Positions 36,770 through 45,905 of a stretch of DNA of 46,205 bases are shown here, piece after piece (position 1 is the stretch's first letter; each line of letters opens with the position of its first letter). The stretch lies in NCBI GenBank assembly GCA_016218805.1, contig JACRCW010000157.1:62001-108205 (forward strand). Direction: 5' to 3'. Made by a program: the position numbers and the translations under genes. The DNA comes from Deltaproteobacteria bacterium (GTDB lineage: Bacteria > Myxococcota > JACRCW01). The notes under the pieces are model-generated. The model was given only the letters and a program-made list of their open reading frames with translations, did not search any database and was not told the origin of the DNA.

Positions 36770-37057
36770 GTGCTGATGGGCATCCTGCGGACGCGGTCAC
36801 GCAGCGTGTGGCCCGGCGTGCTCATGCAGGCGCTGCACAACGGGCTGGTGGCGGGCGCGGCATTTGGCGGCACGGGGTTGGTGGACCTGGAACCGCTGGT
36901 GGCGTCCCAAATGTCCGGGCCCGTGCTTGCCGCGTTGGGGGCATCCACCCGCACCGCGGGCGTGGCTGGCGTGGCGCGCGCGCGCGGAGGGTTGACGGGG
37001 TTCGTGCACGGCTGCGCCTTGCACCCATCGGGTGATGGAGGGACGCTCCGGTCATGA
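36770..37057 (+). pseudogene. C-terminal remnant of a CPBP (Abi/CAAX) intramembrane protease
   Basis: GVLMGILRTRSRSVWPGVLMQALHNGL resembles the CPBP C-terminal motif (G..L.....GSLWP.I..H...N), with His replaced by Gln. The EExxxR motif is absent. Confidence 0.55.
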
Positions 37058-38640
37058 CATCGCTGCCGCGCGCCAACCGGTCACACTTGGAAGCCATCAG
37101 CGTGGAGGACCTGCTGGGTCACGTGGACACGGGACACATCCGGGTTCCGAGGTTCCAGCGCGACTTCAAGTGGGACCAGGCCGACGTCATCCGCCTGCTG
37201 GATTCCATCTACCGTGGTTATCCCGTGGGTACCCTCCTGTTCTGGGAACGGCCCCGGCCCGCCGAGGATGTGCGTCTTGGGGCACGCGTCATACCTGCCC
37301 CGGAACGGGCGGACGCCTGGCTGGTGCTGGACGGACAGCAACGCGTCACCGTGCTGGCCAACGTGCTGCATGACCCCGGGCAGGATGGCGTTACGGACCC
37401 GGTCTTCAGAGTGGCGTTCGACTTGCGCTCGCGCGAGTTCGTCCCGGCCGGCGGACACGAACCGCACGTGCTGCCGCTTCATGTGCTGCGCGACTTTGGT
37501 GACCTCCTGGCGTGGTTCCAATTGAACCAGGCGGACCTTTCCCACCAGGGCGCCGCGCGGGACCTTCTCGGGCGCCTGCTTGGCTACCGCCTGGCGGTGC
37601 ACGTGCTCCGCGACGAAAGCGAGGACACGGCGCGCGAGGTGTTTGACCGGATGAATCATTCCGGCAAGGCGCTGACGGCGGTGGAGGTGTTCACCGCGGC
37701 CCAACCGGGGGCGTCGCAGGTATCGCTCCCGTTGCTCGCGGTGGAACTGGAGCAGCAGGGCTACGGGGTCATCTCCGTGGAGCAGCTGATGAACGCCATC
37801 ATCATCGCTGATGGACGGGACCCCACGCGCGGCGCAGCCGAAGCCGCCCGGGATGCAGCGCGGGACGGTGCCATGGAGAGGGTCCTGCCGGCCACGCGCG
37901 CCGCCGCGGCCTTTGCCATGGACGCGGGGATGCAGTCACTTGCTTTGCTGCCTGCCTTCTCCACGTGGATCGCGTTGGTCCGCTTCTTCCACCTCCATCC
38001 CCGCCCGCACCCGCGCAACCTGATCCTCCTGCGCCGCTGGTTGTGGCGTGACCTCTATGTGCGCGCGTTTGCAGATGACAACCGGACGCCCCAGCGGTTC
38101 ATCCTTGCCAGCGTGACGACGGACGAGGACGCGTCCGTCCAGGCGCTGCTGGAACGGACAGGGGCAAACCGTCATCCGCTGGTGCTGGACCAGAAGTACG
38201 ATCCACGCGCGGCGGATGCGCGCGCGGCGTTGAGGGTGCTCCTTGCCCTTGAACCCAGGGCGCTGGATGGCCACCCCACGCGTGCCGCGGACGTTCGGAA
38301 GAAGGCATGGGCCAACCTCCCGCGCCTCGTGCCCGGCGGCCTCTCCGTGGCCAACCGTCTGCTGTGGGGTCCTCGCGAACACGACACGTGGGCGGACTGG
38401 GCGCAGGACCAGGACACCCCCACACCACCCGCGGAATTCCTGGTCAGCCACGGTGTCACGCCGGAGACATGGCAACTCCTGGTGGCGGGCCGGGACGAAG
38501 AAGCGCTCCGTACGCGGCGCGTGCACCTGGAGCGGGAGTGCCAGCGCTACGTGGACGCGCGCGCGGAGTGGGAGCAGGAGGACCGCGGGCCCATCCGCCT
38601 GGAGGACGAGGATGTCGGAGGCGACTGTCTGGTTGCGTGA
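37054..38640 (+). CDS. DUF262 (GmrS/ParB-Srx-like) domain protein
   Basis: IRVPRFQRDFKW, LLDSIYRGYPVGTLLFW, LVLDGQQRVT, EVFDRMNHSGKALT. C-terminal SVANRLL and FLVSHGV with no clear HNH motif. Confidence 0.92.
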   Translation: MTSLPRANRSHLEAISVEDLLGHVDTGHIRVPRFQRDFKWDQADVIRLLDSIYRGYPVGTLLFWERPRPAEDVRLGARVIPAPERADAWLVLDGQQRVTVLANVLHDPGQDGVTDPVFRVAFDLRSREFVPAGGHEPHVLPLHVLRDFGDLLAWFQLNQADLSHQGAARDLLGRLLGYRLAVHVLRDESEDTAREVFDRMNHSGKALTAVEVFTAAQPGASQVSLPLLAVELEQQGYGVISVEQLMNAIIIADGRDPTRGAAEAARDAARDGAMERVLPATRAAAAFAMDAGMQSLALLPAFSTWIALVRFFHLHPRPHPRNLILLRRWLWRDLYVRAFADDNRTPQRFILASVTTDEDASVQALLERTGANRHPLVLDQKYDPRAADARAALRVLLALEPRALDGHPTRAADVRKKAWANLPRLVPGGLSVANRLLWGPREHDTWADWAQDQDTPTPPAEFLVSHGVTPETWQLLVAGRDEEALRTRRVHLERECQRYVDARAEWEQEDRGPIRLEDEDVGGDCLVA

Positions 38641-39821
38641 CGTGCAGGTGGGGACCCTGGGATTCGCGTCCGGAAGTTCGGCTTTCCGTTTTGAGCGGAA
38701 CTACCGGGACATGCCCAACCGCCCGGTGCTTTCCCAGCAGTTTGAACAGCGGGGGCTGGACAGGGCCTACCAGTCCGGCGCCGGACTGCCGGCGTTCTTC
38801 GTTCACCTGCTCCCTCCCAACGGCAGCGAACTGCGGGCGCTCCTGGACCGCATGCTGGAGAACCCTGGCGACGCGCGCCTGCTCGAGCACCTGGGGCAAT
38901 CACTCCCCGGGGCGGTGCGCGTGCTCCTGGCCCGCACGGCCGAGGCACAGACTCCGGCGCCGGCAGGTTCACAGGCGTCCGGACCGCTGCGCTTTTCGCT
39001 TGGGGGGATGCAGTTGAAGTTCAGCGCGGACAAGCCGTCCTGGGAGCCGCGGTTTGCGCTTCCCGCCGCGGGCCTCGGAGGCCAGTGGATCCTCAAGGCG
39101 CCCGCCATGGGCTGGCCGGACCTTGCCCGGACCGAGCGCCTGGTGACAGCGTGGGCAGGGCTGCTGGGCATCACGGTGCCGGAGTCCGGTCTTGTTGCCG
39201 CCCTCCAGGGTCCTGAACCTGCCCGTGTCCCTCCCCGACGACATGCTGTTGCTGGCAACACGCCGCTTTGACCGCGATGAGGAAGGTGGTGCCGTCCATG
39301 CCGAGGACCTTGCACAGGCATTGGGGCTTCGCGCAGACCCCAACGCCGCGTACCGGGGTGTGACCTACGCGGGCATCGCGCGTTTCGTCAGCACGCTGAT
39401 GGACGCGGACGACCACGTGGAGTTCGCGCGGCGGCTTGTCTTCATGGTGCTCTCCGGGAACGGTGATGCGCACGCCAAGAACTGGGGCATCTTCTACCCG
39501 GATGGCATCCATGCGCGGCTCTCCCCGGCGTACGACCTCGTCTTCACGCGGTCCTACGTGCGCGGGAGTGAACTCGCGTTGAAGATGGGCAGGGCTGCGG
39601 ACCGGTCGTGGGGCAGCGTGACGCGGGCAAGCCTGCTCTCCGCGCTGGCCGGGACCGGCGTCGGTGCCGCCGTGCTGCAGGACACCCTGGGCACCATGGT
39701 GGAGACGGCAACGGCACGCCTGGGGGACGCGCTTGCACGCGTGGAGGCACCTCCAGACAGCAGCACGCTGCAGGCGCTCCGCACCCACCTGGAAGTCATG
39801 CGGGTGGCGCTGGGAACGTGA
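38612..39821 (+). pseudogene. hipA: HipA-family Ser/Thr kinase toxin with a single extra base (true frameshift or sequencing error)
   Basis: N-terminal part in ORF 38243..39271 (VGTL..FRFERNY, LPAFFVHLLP, FSLGGMQLKFS, WILK). C-terminal part in ORF 39192..39821 (RRFDR, HAEDLAQALG, GNGDAHAKNW, LSPAYDL). Span 1210 nt = 403 codons + 1; the shift is near 39191-39205. Confidence 0.88.
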
Positions 39822-40233
39822 CCCGCACCCGGCTCACGCCTCGTCGTCGTTCCGTCGGAAGCCCGGTGCATCCTGCGCTTGGTCGGGCCAGCCACGGCGC
39901 CGCGCCCCCACGCCCGTGTCCATCTGGTTGGATGCTGCGGAGCTGCGCCATGCGAACATCCTACCGGGCCGCGAGGTGCGACGCGGGCTTCCTTACCTCA
40001 GTCACCCCGGAGCGCACGCAACTCCCTGGCCGCTCAGCCCCGAGCCGCCGAAGACCGGGTAGCCCGCCCAATGGGTGAAACGCGCGGCACTCCTGCCCTC
40101 GACATTCCAATTCGGCAAGGGGCTACCGCGTGCGGGCCAGCCGTCCACGCCGTAGCGGAGGCTGCTTGTGCGCCCAGGTAGCGGCAAGCTCAGGCGGCCG
40201 CGTGGTGCGCGCGTGCACCGCCCTGCCCGGTGT

Positions 40234-40341
40234 GGCCACGGCAGCGGCCTGTTTCCCCCGGCTTGCTGGATCCCCGCAGGTGATCTGCCTACTTCTCTTC
40301 GATCGGCTCTTGAACCCCGAGCGCGTCCCACGCCGGACCTC
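40234..40341 (+). pseudogene. Possible eroded fragment of DNA polymerase III alpha subunit (DnaE catalytic-motif region)
   Basis: 40292-40327 reads LLFDRLLNPERV against the DnaE signature LLFERFLNPERV. It is followed after a 1-nt gap by TPDL (SMPD[IF]D in DnaE) and preceded by GHGSG (GRGSG in DnaE). Confidence 0.4.
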
Positions 40342-40692
40342 GGGTCCGAGCCGGGGCGAAGCCGGTCGAGCTGTACCGCGCGGAGCGGAGGACTCCTGTG
40401 CGCACTCCTAAAGATGGGGAGCCACGCGAAAGGCGTCATCATGGTGGCCAGTTCCGCCCCGCCCCATCAAAGGCGCCGGCCTCCTCGGGCCGGTGCAATC
40501 GTGCGCCGCGTCGAAGGCCGGCTGAGTCGAAGGGCCCCACAGCAGGAACGGCGCTTCTTCGCCCCCGCCGATCCGGCGCGCGCCTGACTCGAGCTCTGCG
40601 GCGACCCGTCGGTGAGGAGTCGTGGGCATCCGGCTGGGGGCCTACGGTTTCGTAGGATTTTGGTCCCACTGGAATTGTGCGATCACGCGGCA

Positions 40693-43600
40693 ATGACAAA
40701 TCGCTCAACGTCGGCGTCCTCGTGTGACCCTCGTGCAACGGGAGGCCAGGCGGTCCTGGTCGCCATGGCGCTGCTGCCCTGGCTGGCGGCGTGCGGGGGC
40801 CATGCAGCGGTCCAGAGCCATCCGGACGCCTCGGAGGTCCGTGACGCCGGAAGAGTCGGAGCGGACGCGGGCAATACAAACGAGCCCGACGCGGGCAATA
40901 CGAGCGAACCCGACGCGGGCAATACGAGCGAGCCCGACGCTGGCAACACGAGCGAGCCCGACGCGGGCAATACGAGCGAACCCGACGCGGGCATTACGAG
41001 CGAACCCGACGCGGGCAATACGAGCGAACCCGACGCGGGCAATACGAGCGAACCCGACGCGGGCAATACGAGCGAACCCGACGCGGGCAATGCGAGCGAA
41101 CCCGACGCGGGCAATACGAGCGAACCCGACGCGGGCAATACGAGCGGACCCGACGCGGGCAATACGAACGAACCCGACGCGGGCAATACGAGCGGACCCG
41201 ACGCGGGCAATACGAGCGAACCCGACGCGGGCAATACGAACGAACCCGACGCGGGCCAAACCCCTGCGCTCGACGGGGGCGAGCCCGACCCCGCACCTCC
41301 AGCGCCCGAGACGCTGGGGCTCTCGTGCGCGACCGCGGCGGACTGCGACGACGGCAACCCCTGCACGGTCGCGAGCTGCGACCTCGACGCGGCGCTGGGT
41401 CGGAGGGCCTGCGTGGTCGCCCCGCGGCCGCTCGGGGCGCTCTGCAGCGACGGCAACGCCTGCACGGTCGACGACCACTGCGTCGAGGCCCGGTGCCGGG
41501 GGACGGCCCGGGGCTGCGACGGCGCCTGCGACACCGGCGAGTGCGATCCTGCGACAGGCTGCGAATCGGTACCCGACGGAACCACGTGCGACGATCGTGA
41601 TCTCTTCACCACCGGGGATGCCTGCACCGGCGGCCGCTGCCGAGGGGCGTCCGAGTGCGTGCCGCCGCAGCCCGCCCCCTGCGTCGCGGGCGTGATCGAC
41701 CATGTCGGCGGGACCTGCTCGGCCGCCTACTACGCCGCCGGCCAGGCCTGCCCTGATGACGGCGACCCCTGCACCCGTGACGAGTGCGACGGGCTGGGCA
41801 CGTGTGTCCACCCCGGGCGCGGGCAGGGCGCGGCGTGCAGCCACGGCTGCGGCCCCGGGATCTGCGCGGCCGACGGGGCGTGCGTGCTCGCGACCAGCGA
41901 GTGCGGCCGGCTCGACAACGCCTGCGGCCAGGGCGGGTGTGACGGTGATGCGTGCGTCTACGACAGCGGCGATGACGCGGCCTGCGACGAGACGGGCACC
42001 AACTGCGCCGCGAGCCTCGGAGCGTGCTTCACCGGTGGGTGCGGCGACGGCTGGTGCACCGGCGGCGAGCAGGAGTTCAACTGCACGGCGGACTGCTCCT
42101 CGCCCTGCGAGTTCGACTGCCTGGAGAGCTGCGCCAAGACGTACCGCGCCTTCCCCTGGCGGGGCGCGTGGCGGGCGGCCCAGAGTGCGGCGTACGGCTT
42201 CCCGCTCCACTCGCGCTTCCAGACCCAGTCGTTCACGCAGATGCTCCAGGACGGCATCCGCTGGCTCCATCTTGTCGTCGATTACTGCCAGCCCGGCGTC
42301 TCGAGCGGCCCGATCTGCCTCTGCCGCGGCGACGACACCTGTCCCGCCGCCTCGACCCCGCTTGACGGGCGGCTCACGGAGGTACGGGCGTTCCTGGAGG
42401 CGCGCCCGGGGGCGGTGGTCACGCTCTACTTCGAGCGCGCGTTCGTCTCGGATGACGATCTCAAGGCGGCCATCGACCGGGCCGGGCTCGCGCGCTGGCT
42501 GTACCGCGACCGGCCCACGTACGACGAGCGGTTCGACGTACGGCTCGCGACCATGGCGCGCCATGATCGCCGGCTCGTTGTGATCGGTGGTCCGTACATC
42601 AGCCTCCGCCACGTCTTCCTCACGAACGACGGTCCCCCGGTGGCGGCGGGAGCCGGCCCCAGCCGCGGTCCGTCGAGCATCTTCGTGTTGAACGCCGACA
42701 ACGAGCCGCCGTGGGACTGCGAGCGTGCGGGCCTCGGGCCCTTCGACCCGCCCTACGACCAGGACCCGCCCGGGCGGCTGTTCGCCGTACGGCACACGCT
42801 CGAGGGCCGCGATTCGTCCGTCGAGACGGACCGGGTGAGTACCGCCTGCTTCAACGGCCGGCTCGCCGAGCACTCGGACGCCTGCGTTGAGCGTCATCCG
42901 GGCGTGGCGCCGCTGACCGTTGCCCTCACGGCGTACTACGACAGCCATCCGGACGCGCTCAAGCCGGTGGTCCACCTGGCGAGGTCGACCCGCATCGTGC
43001 GGTGCGGGTCCAACGTGGCGAGCCCGCTGAGTCAGTGCCCCGAGGACGTGGCCACCTGCAGCTCCGACGCCGCCTGCCCGCAGGGCGCCACCTGCAACTG
43101 GCTCGGGGTCTGCGTCGACTGTGTCGCTGACGGCGACTGTGCGGACGGGCAGTACTGCCACGACGCGTGGAGTGCTTGCCTCACGCGGCTCCCCGATGGG
43201 GACTACTGCTCCCGCGACACGATGTGTGCGAGCGGCAACTGCGGGTTGCTCTGCTACTCCTGCAGCACCCACGCCGACTGCGACGAGGGCGAGTGGTGCG
43301 ACGTCTTTGGCGGCTGCCAGGTCAAGGTCGCCAACGCCTACGGCTGCCTCTCGGACGCGGAGTGCCTCTCGGGCGCCTGCCACCTCGGGTTCTGCGCCGC
43401 GTGCAACTCCCAGGACGACTGCACGGTGGAGGGCCGTTTCTGCTCGCTCGACCCCGCGCCGGGGGCAAGCGCCTGCCTCGCGCGCAAGGCGGACGGCGCG
43501 CTGTGCGCGAACGACTTCGAATGCGGCTCCGGGGCGTGCCACCTCGGTACCTGCCAGCCGTGCAACTCCCACGACGACTGCGCGGCCCTGGAATACTGCA

Positions 43601-44883
43601 CGCTGCCCGTGGTGCCGGGCCTCGCCAGCACCTGCGAGGCCGCGCAGGGCGAGGGCGGTGCGTGCCTTGGCTCCGCCGAGTGCACGTCACCCCTCACCTG
43701 CCACGCTTCCGGCACCTGCCGCGCGAGCTGCTCGCTCGACACGCACTGCCCCGCGACGCACTTCTGCGTCCTCGGGGGCTGCGTGCCCCGGCTCGACCTA
43801 GGCGCCGCCTGTACGCGCAACCGCATCTGCAGCAGCGACCGGTGCTGGCTCGGCTTCTGCGTCGAGTGCGCCAGCCAGGCCGACTGCCAGTCCGACTCGT
43901 TCTGTACCCTCGACCCGGTGCCGGGCCAGAGCAGCTGCGTCGCGAAGAAGGCGTTCGGTACCCTCTGCGCAAGCGCCTACGAGTGCACCAGCAACCGTTG
44001 CGACGTGACCTGCGTGGATTGCACCGCGGCCCCGGCGGCCGGCTGCACCTTCTCGACGCAGTACTGCGAGTTCGGCCTGTGCAACGCCAAGAAGGCAACC
44101 GGCCAGAGCTGCGCCACCTCCAACCAGTGCACCTCGGGTATCTGCGACCTCTTCAAGTGCGTCCAGTGCACCAACGTCCCGCAGACCGGGTGCAACTTCT
44201 CCACGCAGTACTGCAGCGCTGGCGCCTGCAACCCGAAGAAGTCGAACGGCCAGAGCTGCGGGACCTCCGCCGAGTGCTCGTCGGGAATCTGCGACCTCTT
44301 CAAGTGCGTCCAGTGCACCAACGTCCCGCAGAACGGGTGCAACTTCTCGACGCAATACTGCAGCGCCGGCGCCTGCTACTCAAAGAAGTCGAACGGCCAG
44401 ACCTGTGGGGCCTCCGCCGAGTGCACCTCGGGTATCTGCGACCTCTTCAAGTGCGTCCAGTGCACCAACGTCCCACAGAGCGGGTGCAACTTTTCGACGC
44501 AGTTCTGCAACGGCGGCGCGTGCTACGCGAGGAAGTCGAACGGCTCGAGCTGCTCGACGTCCTCGGAGTGCTCGTCGGGTATCTGCGATCTCTTCAAGTG
44601 CGTGCAGTGCAACGCGTCCAGCGGGTGCACCTCCACCCAATACTGCGAGGCCGGCACCTGCTACGCGGAGAGGTCAAACGGCAGCGACTGCGCCTTCTCC
44701 AATCAGTGCCAGTCCGGGATCTGCGACCTGTTCAAGTGCGTGCAGTGCAATGCCTGGGGCGGCTGCACGTCGAGTCAGTACTGCGAGACGGGCAGCTGCC
44801 AGGCGAAGAAGGGCTCCGGCAGCTCGTGCGGCTCAAGCGACCAGTGCACCTCAAACGACTGCTTCTTGTGGACGTGCCGCTGA
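40693..44883 (+). CDS. Large Cys-rich lipoprotein: DAGNTSEP repeats, Cys-rich repeats, degenerate PI-PLC-like domain, C-terminal Cys repeats
   Basis: Lipobox LAAC, CDDGNPCT-type modules, QTQSFTQMLQDGIRWLHL..LCRG..LTEVRAFLEARPGAVVTLYFE, repeated KKSNGQSC..S.EC.SGICDLFKCVQC. Confidence 0.85.
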   Translation: MTNRSTSASSCDPRATGGQAVLVAMALLPWLAACGGHAAVQSHPDASEVRDAGRVGADAGNTNEPDAGNTSEPDAGNTSEPDAGNTSEPDAGNTSEPDAGITSEPDAGNTSEPDAGNTSEPDAGNTSEPDAGNASEPDAGNTSEPDAGNTSGPDAGNTNEPDAGNTSGPDAGNTSEPDAGNTNEPDAGQTPALDGGEPDPAPPAPETLGLSCATAADCDDGNPCTVASCDLDAALGRRACVVAPRPLGALCSDGNACTVDDHCVEARCRGTARGCDGACDTGECDPATGCESVPDGTTCDDRDLFTTGDACTGGRCRGASECVPPQPAPCVAGVIDHVGGTCSAAYYAAGQACPDDGDPCTRDECDGLGTCVHPGRGQGAACSHGCGPGICAADGACVLATSECGRLDNACGQGGCDGDACVYDSGDDAACDETGTNCAASLGACFTGGCGDGWCTGGEQEFNCTADCSSPCEFDCLESCAKTYRAFPWRGAWRAAQSAAYGFPLHSRFQTQSFTQMLQDGIRWLHLVVDYCQPGVSSGPICLCRGDDTCPAASTPLDGRLTEVRAFLEARPGAVVTLYFERAFVSDDDLKAAIDRAGLARWLYRDRPTYDERFDVRLATMARHDRRLVVIGGPYISLRHVFLTNDGPPVAAGAGPSRGPSSIFVLNADNEPPWDCERAGLGPFDPPYDQDPPGRLFAVRHTLEGRDSSVETDRVSTACFNGRLAEHSDACVERHPGVAPLTVALTAYYDSHPDALKPVVHLARSTRIVRCGSNVASPLSQCPEDVATCSSDAACPQGATCNWLGVCVDCVADGDCADGQYCHDAWSACLTRLPDGDYCSRDTMCASGNCGLLCYSCSTHADCDEGEWCDVFGGCQVKVANAYGCLSDAECLSGACHLGFCAACNSQDDCTVEGRFCSLDPAPGASACLARKADGALCANDFECGSGACHLGTCQPCNSHDDCAALEYCTLPVVPGLASTCEAAQGEGGACLGSAECTSPLTCHASGTCRASCSLDTHCPATHFCVLGGCVPRLDLGAACTRNRICSSDRCWLGFCVECASQADCQSDSFCTLDPVPGQSSCVAKKAFGTLCASAYECTSNRCDVTCVDCTAAPAAGCTFSTQYCEFGLCNAKKATGQSCATSNQCTSGICDLFKCVQCTNVPQTGCNFSTQYCSAGACNPKKSNGQSCGTSAECSSGICDLFKCVQCTNVPQNGCNFSTQYCSAGACYSKKSNGQTCGASAECTSGICDLFKCVQCTNVPQSGCNFSTQFCNGGACYARKSNGSSCSTSSECSSGICDLFKCVQCNASSGCTSTQYCEAGTCYAERSNGSDCAFSNQCQSGICDLFKCVQCNAWGGCTSSQYCETGSCQAKKGSGSSCGSSDQCTSNDCFLWTCR
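40864..41256 (+). repeat. Sixteen tandem 24-bp in-frame repeats encoding DAGNTSEP
   Basis: gacgcgggcaatacgagcgaaccc x16 with minor variants, followed by a final gacgcgggc. Confidence 0.97.
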
Positions 44884-44898
44884 CCCGCCGCCGGGCGC

Positions 44899-45780
44899 CT
44901 ACGGCCGGGGGATCTCCGGGGCGCACAGCCCGCGGCTCATGAGCTCGCGGTGGCTGCAGACGCCGAGCTTGCGGTACACGGAGACGACGTACTGGTGGGT
45001 CGACCCCACCGTCAGCGAGAGGCGGTCGGCGGCCTCCTTCTCAGACAGGCCGCGCAGCAGGAGCCCCAGGACCTCGGTCTCCCTCGGGCTGAGCGGCGAC
45101 TGGTCGGGGAAGAGGCCGTGAGCGCGCACCCACCGCTCGAACGGGGCCCGCGAGACGAGGAGGAGTTCCGTCACGAAGGCGCGCTCGCGCTCGCCGAAGT
45201 CGGGTGGGGCGGCGCGGTCCAGGATGAGGTAGCACTCGACGTCCGGGTGGAGCGGCCGGGCGCCCACCATCCGGTCGGTGTGGCCGAACTGCTCGAGCAG
45301 CCTGGCGGCCGGGGTGCCTGCGAAGGACTGATCGTCGATCACCTGGCGCCGGGTCATCGTCCGCAGGGTTCCCGTCCCGGCCACCACCCGTTGCGTCATC
45401 GGGTCTTCGACGTAATTCGACGGAAGCGCCGTCCACTCGTCGAGGATTTGCTCCTGCCGGACGCGCCCGGGCCCCGAGACCAGCGAGCGCAGCGGCCGGA
45501 ACCCCAGCAGCGGATCCGCCGCCGCCGCACCGCGCCGCCGGATCGCCATGGTCGCGGTGATGCTCACCGCCCCGACGAGTTGGCCGCAGCCCTCGACGAG
45601 CTCGTAGATTGCCTCGCTGGGGTGGCTTGCCCGGCGGTCCGCAACTTGGGCCACGAGTTCGACGAGCGCGCGCCAGTCCGACTCCGTCAGGTTGGCCCGC
45701 GGCGCGGCCTCGGGGGAGGGGGGTAGGCTCGGCGGTCGAGGGACAGCGCGCGTCCGCCTGCGCTTGCCGGGGGAGGACAT
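44899..45780 (-). CDS. LuxR-type C-terminal HTH transcriptional regulator with GAF-like sensor region
   Basis: PLSPRETEVLGLLLRGLSEKEAADRLSLTVGSTHQYVVSVYRKLGVCSHRELM; upstream LILDRAAPPDFGERER. Confidence 0.88.
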   Translation of the reverse strand: MSSPGKRRRTRAVPRPPSLPPSPEAAPRANLTESDWRALVELVAQVADRRASHPSEAIYELVEGCGQLVGAVSITATMAIRRRGAAAADPLLGFRPLRSLVSGPGRVRQEQILDEWTALPSNYVEDPMTQRVVAGTGTLRTMTRRQVIDDQSFAGTPAARLLEQFGHTDRMVGARPLHPDVECYLILDRAAPPDFGERERAFVTELLLVSRAPFERWVRAHGLFPDQSPLSPRETEVLGLLLRGLSEKEAADRLSLTVGSTHQYVVSVYRKLGVCSHRELMSRGLCAPEIPRP

Positions 45781-45905
45781 GTGGTGACTCTGCCACAGCG
45801 CCGAGGGACCGCCCAAATCGCAACGGAATTTCCCCGGCGGTCACCCAGTTCGCTGGATCTTGGGGTATCAGCGCCCATTGGCGTCACTGACCTGAGGAGA
45901 ACCGC

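Noticed and set aside
35868..36776. Overlapping ORFs across the 43-bp repeats (35951..36517, 36030..36776, 36049..36387 and reverse-strand ones)
   Set aside because: They arise because the repeat lacks stop codons; the same peptides cycle through all frames.
39822..40690. ncRNA, riboswitch or intact gene in the long gap after hipA
   Set aside because: I recognised no RNA family motif or convincing ORF; only the DnaE-like scar is reported.
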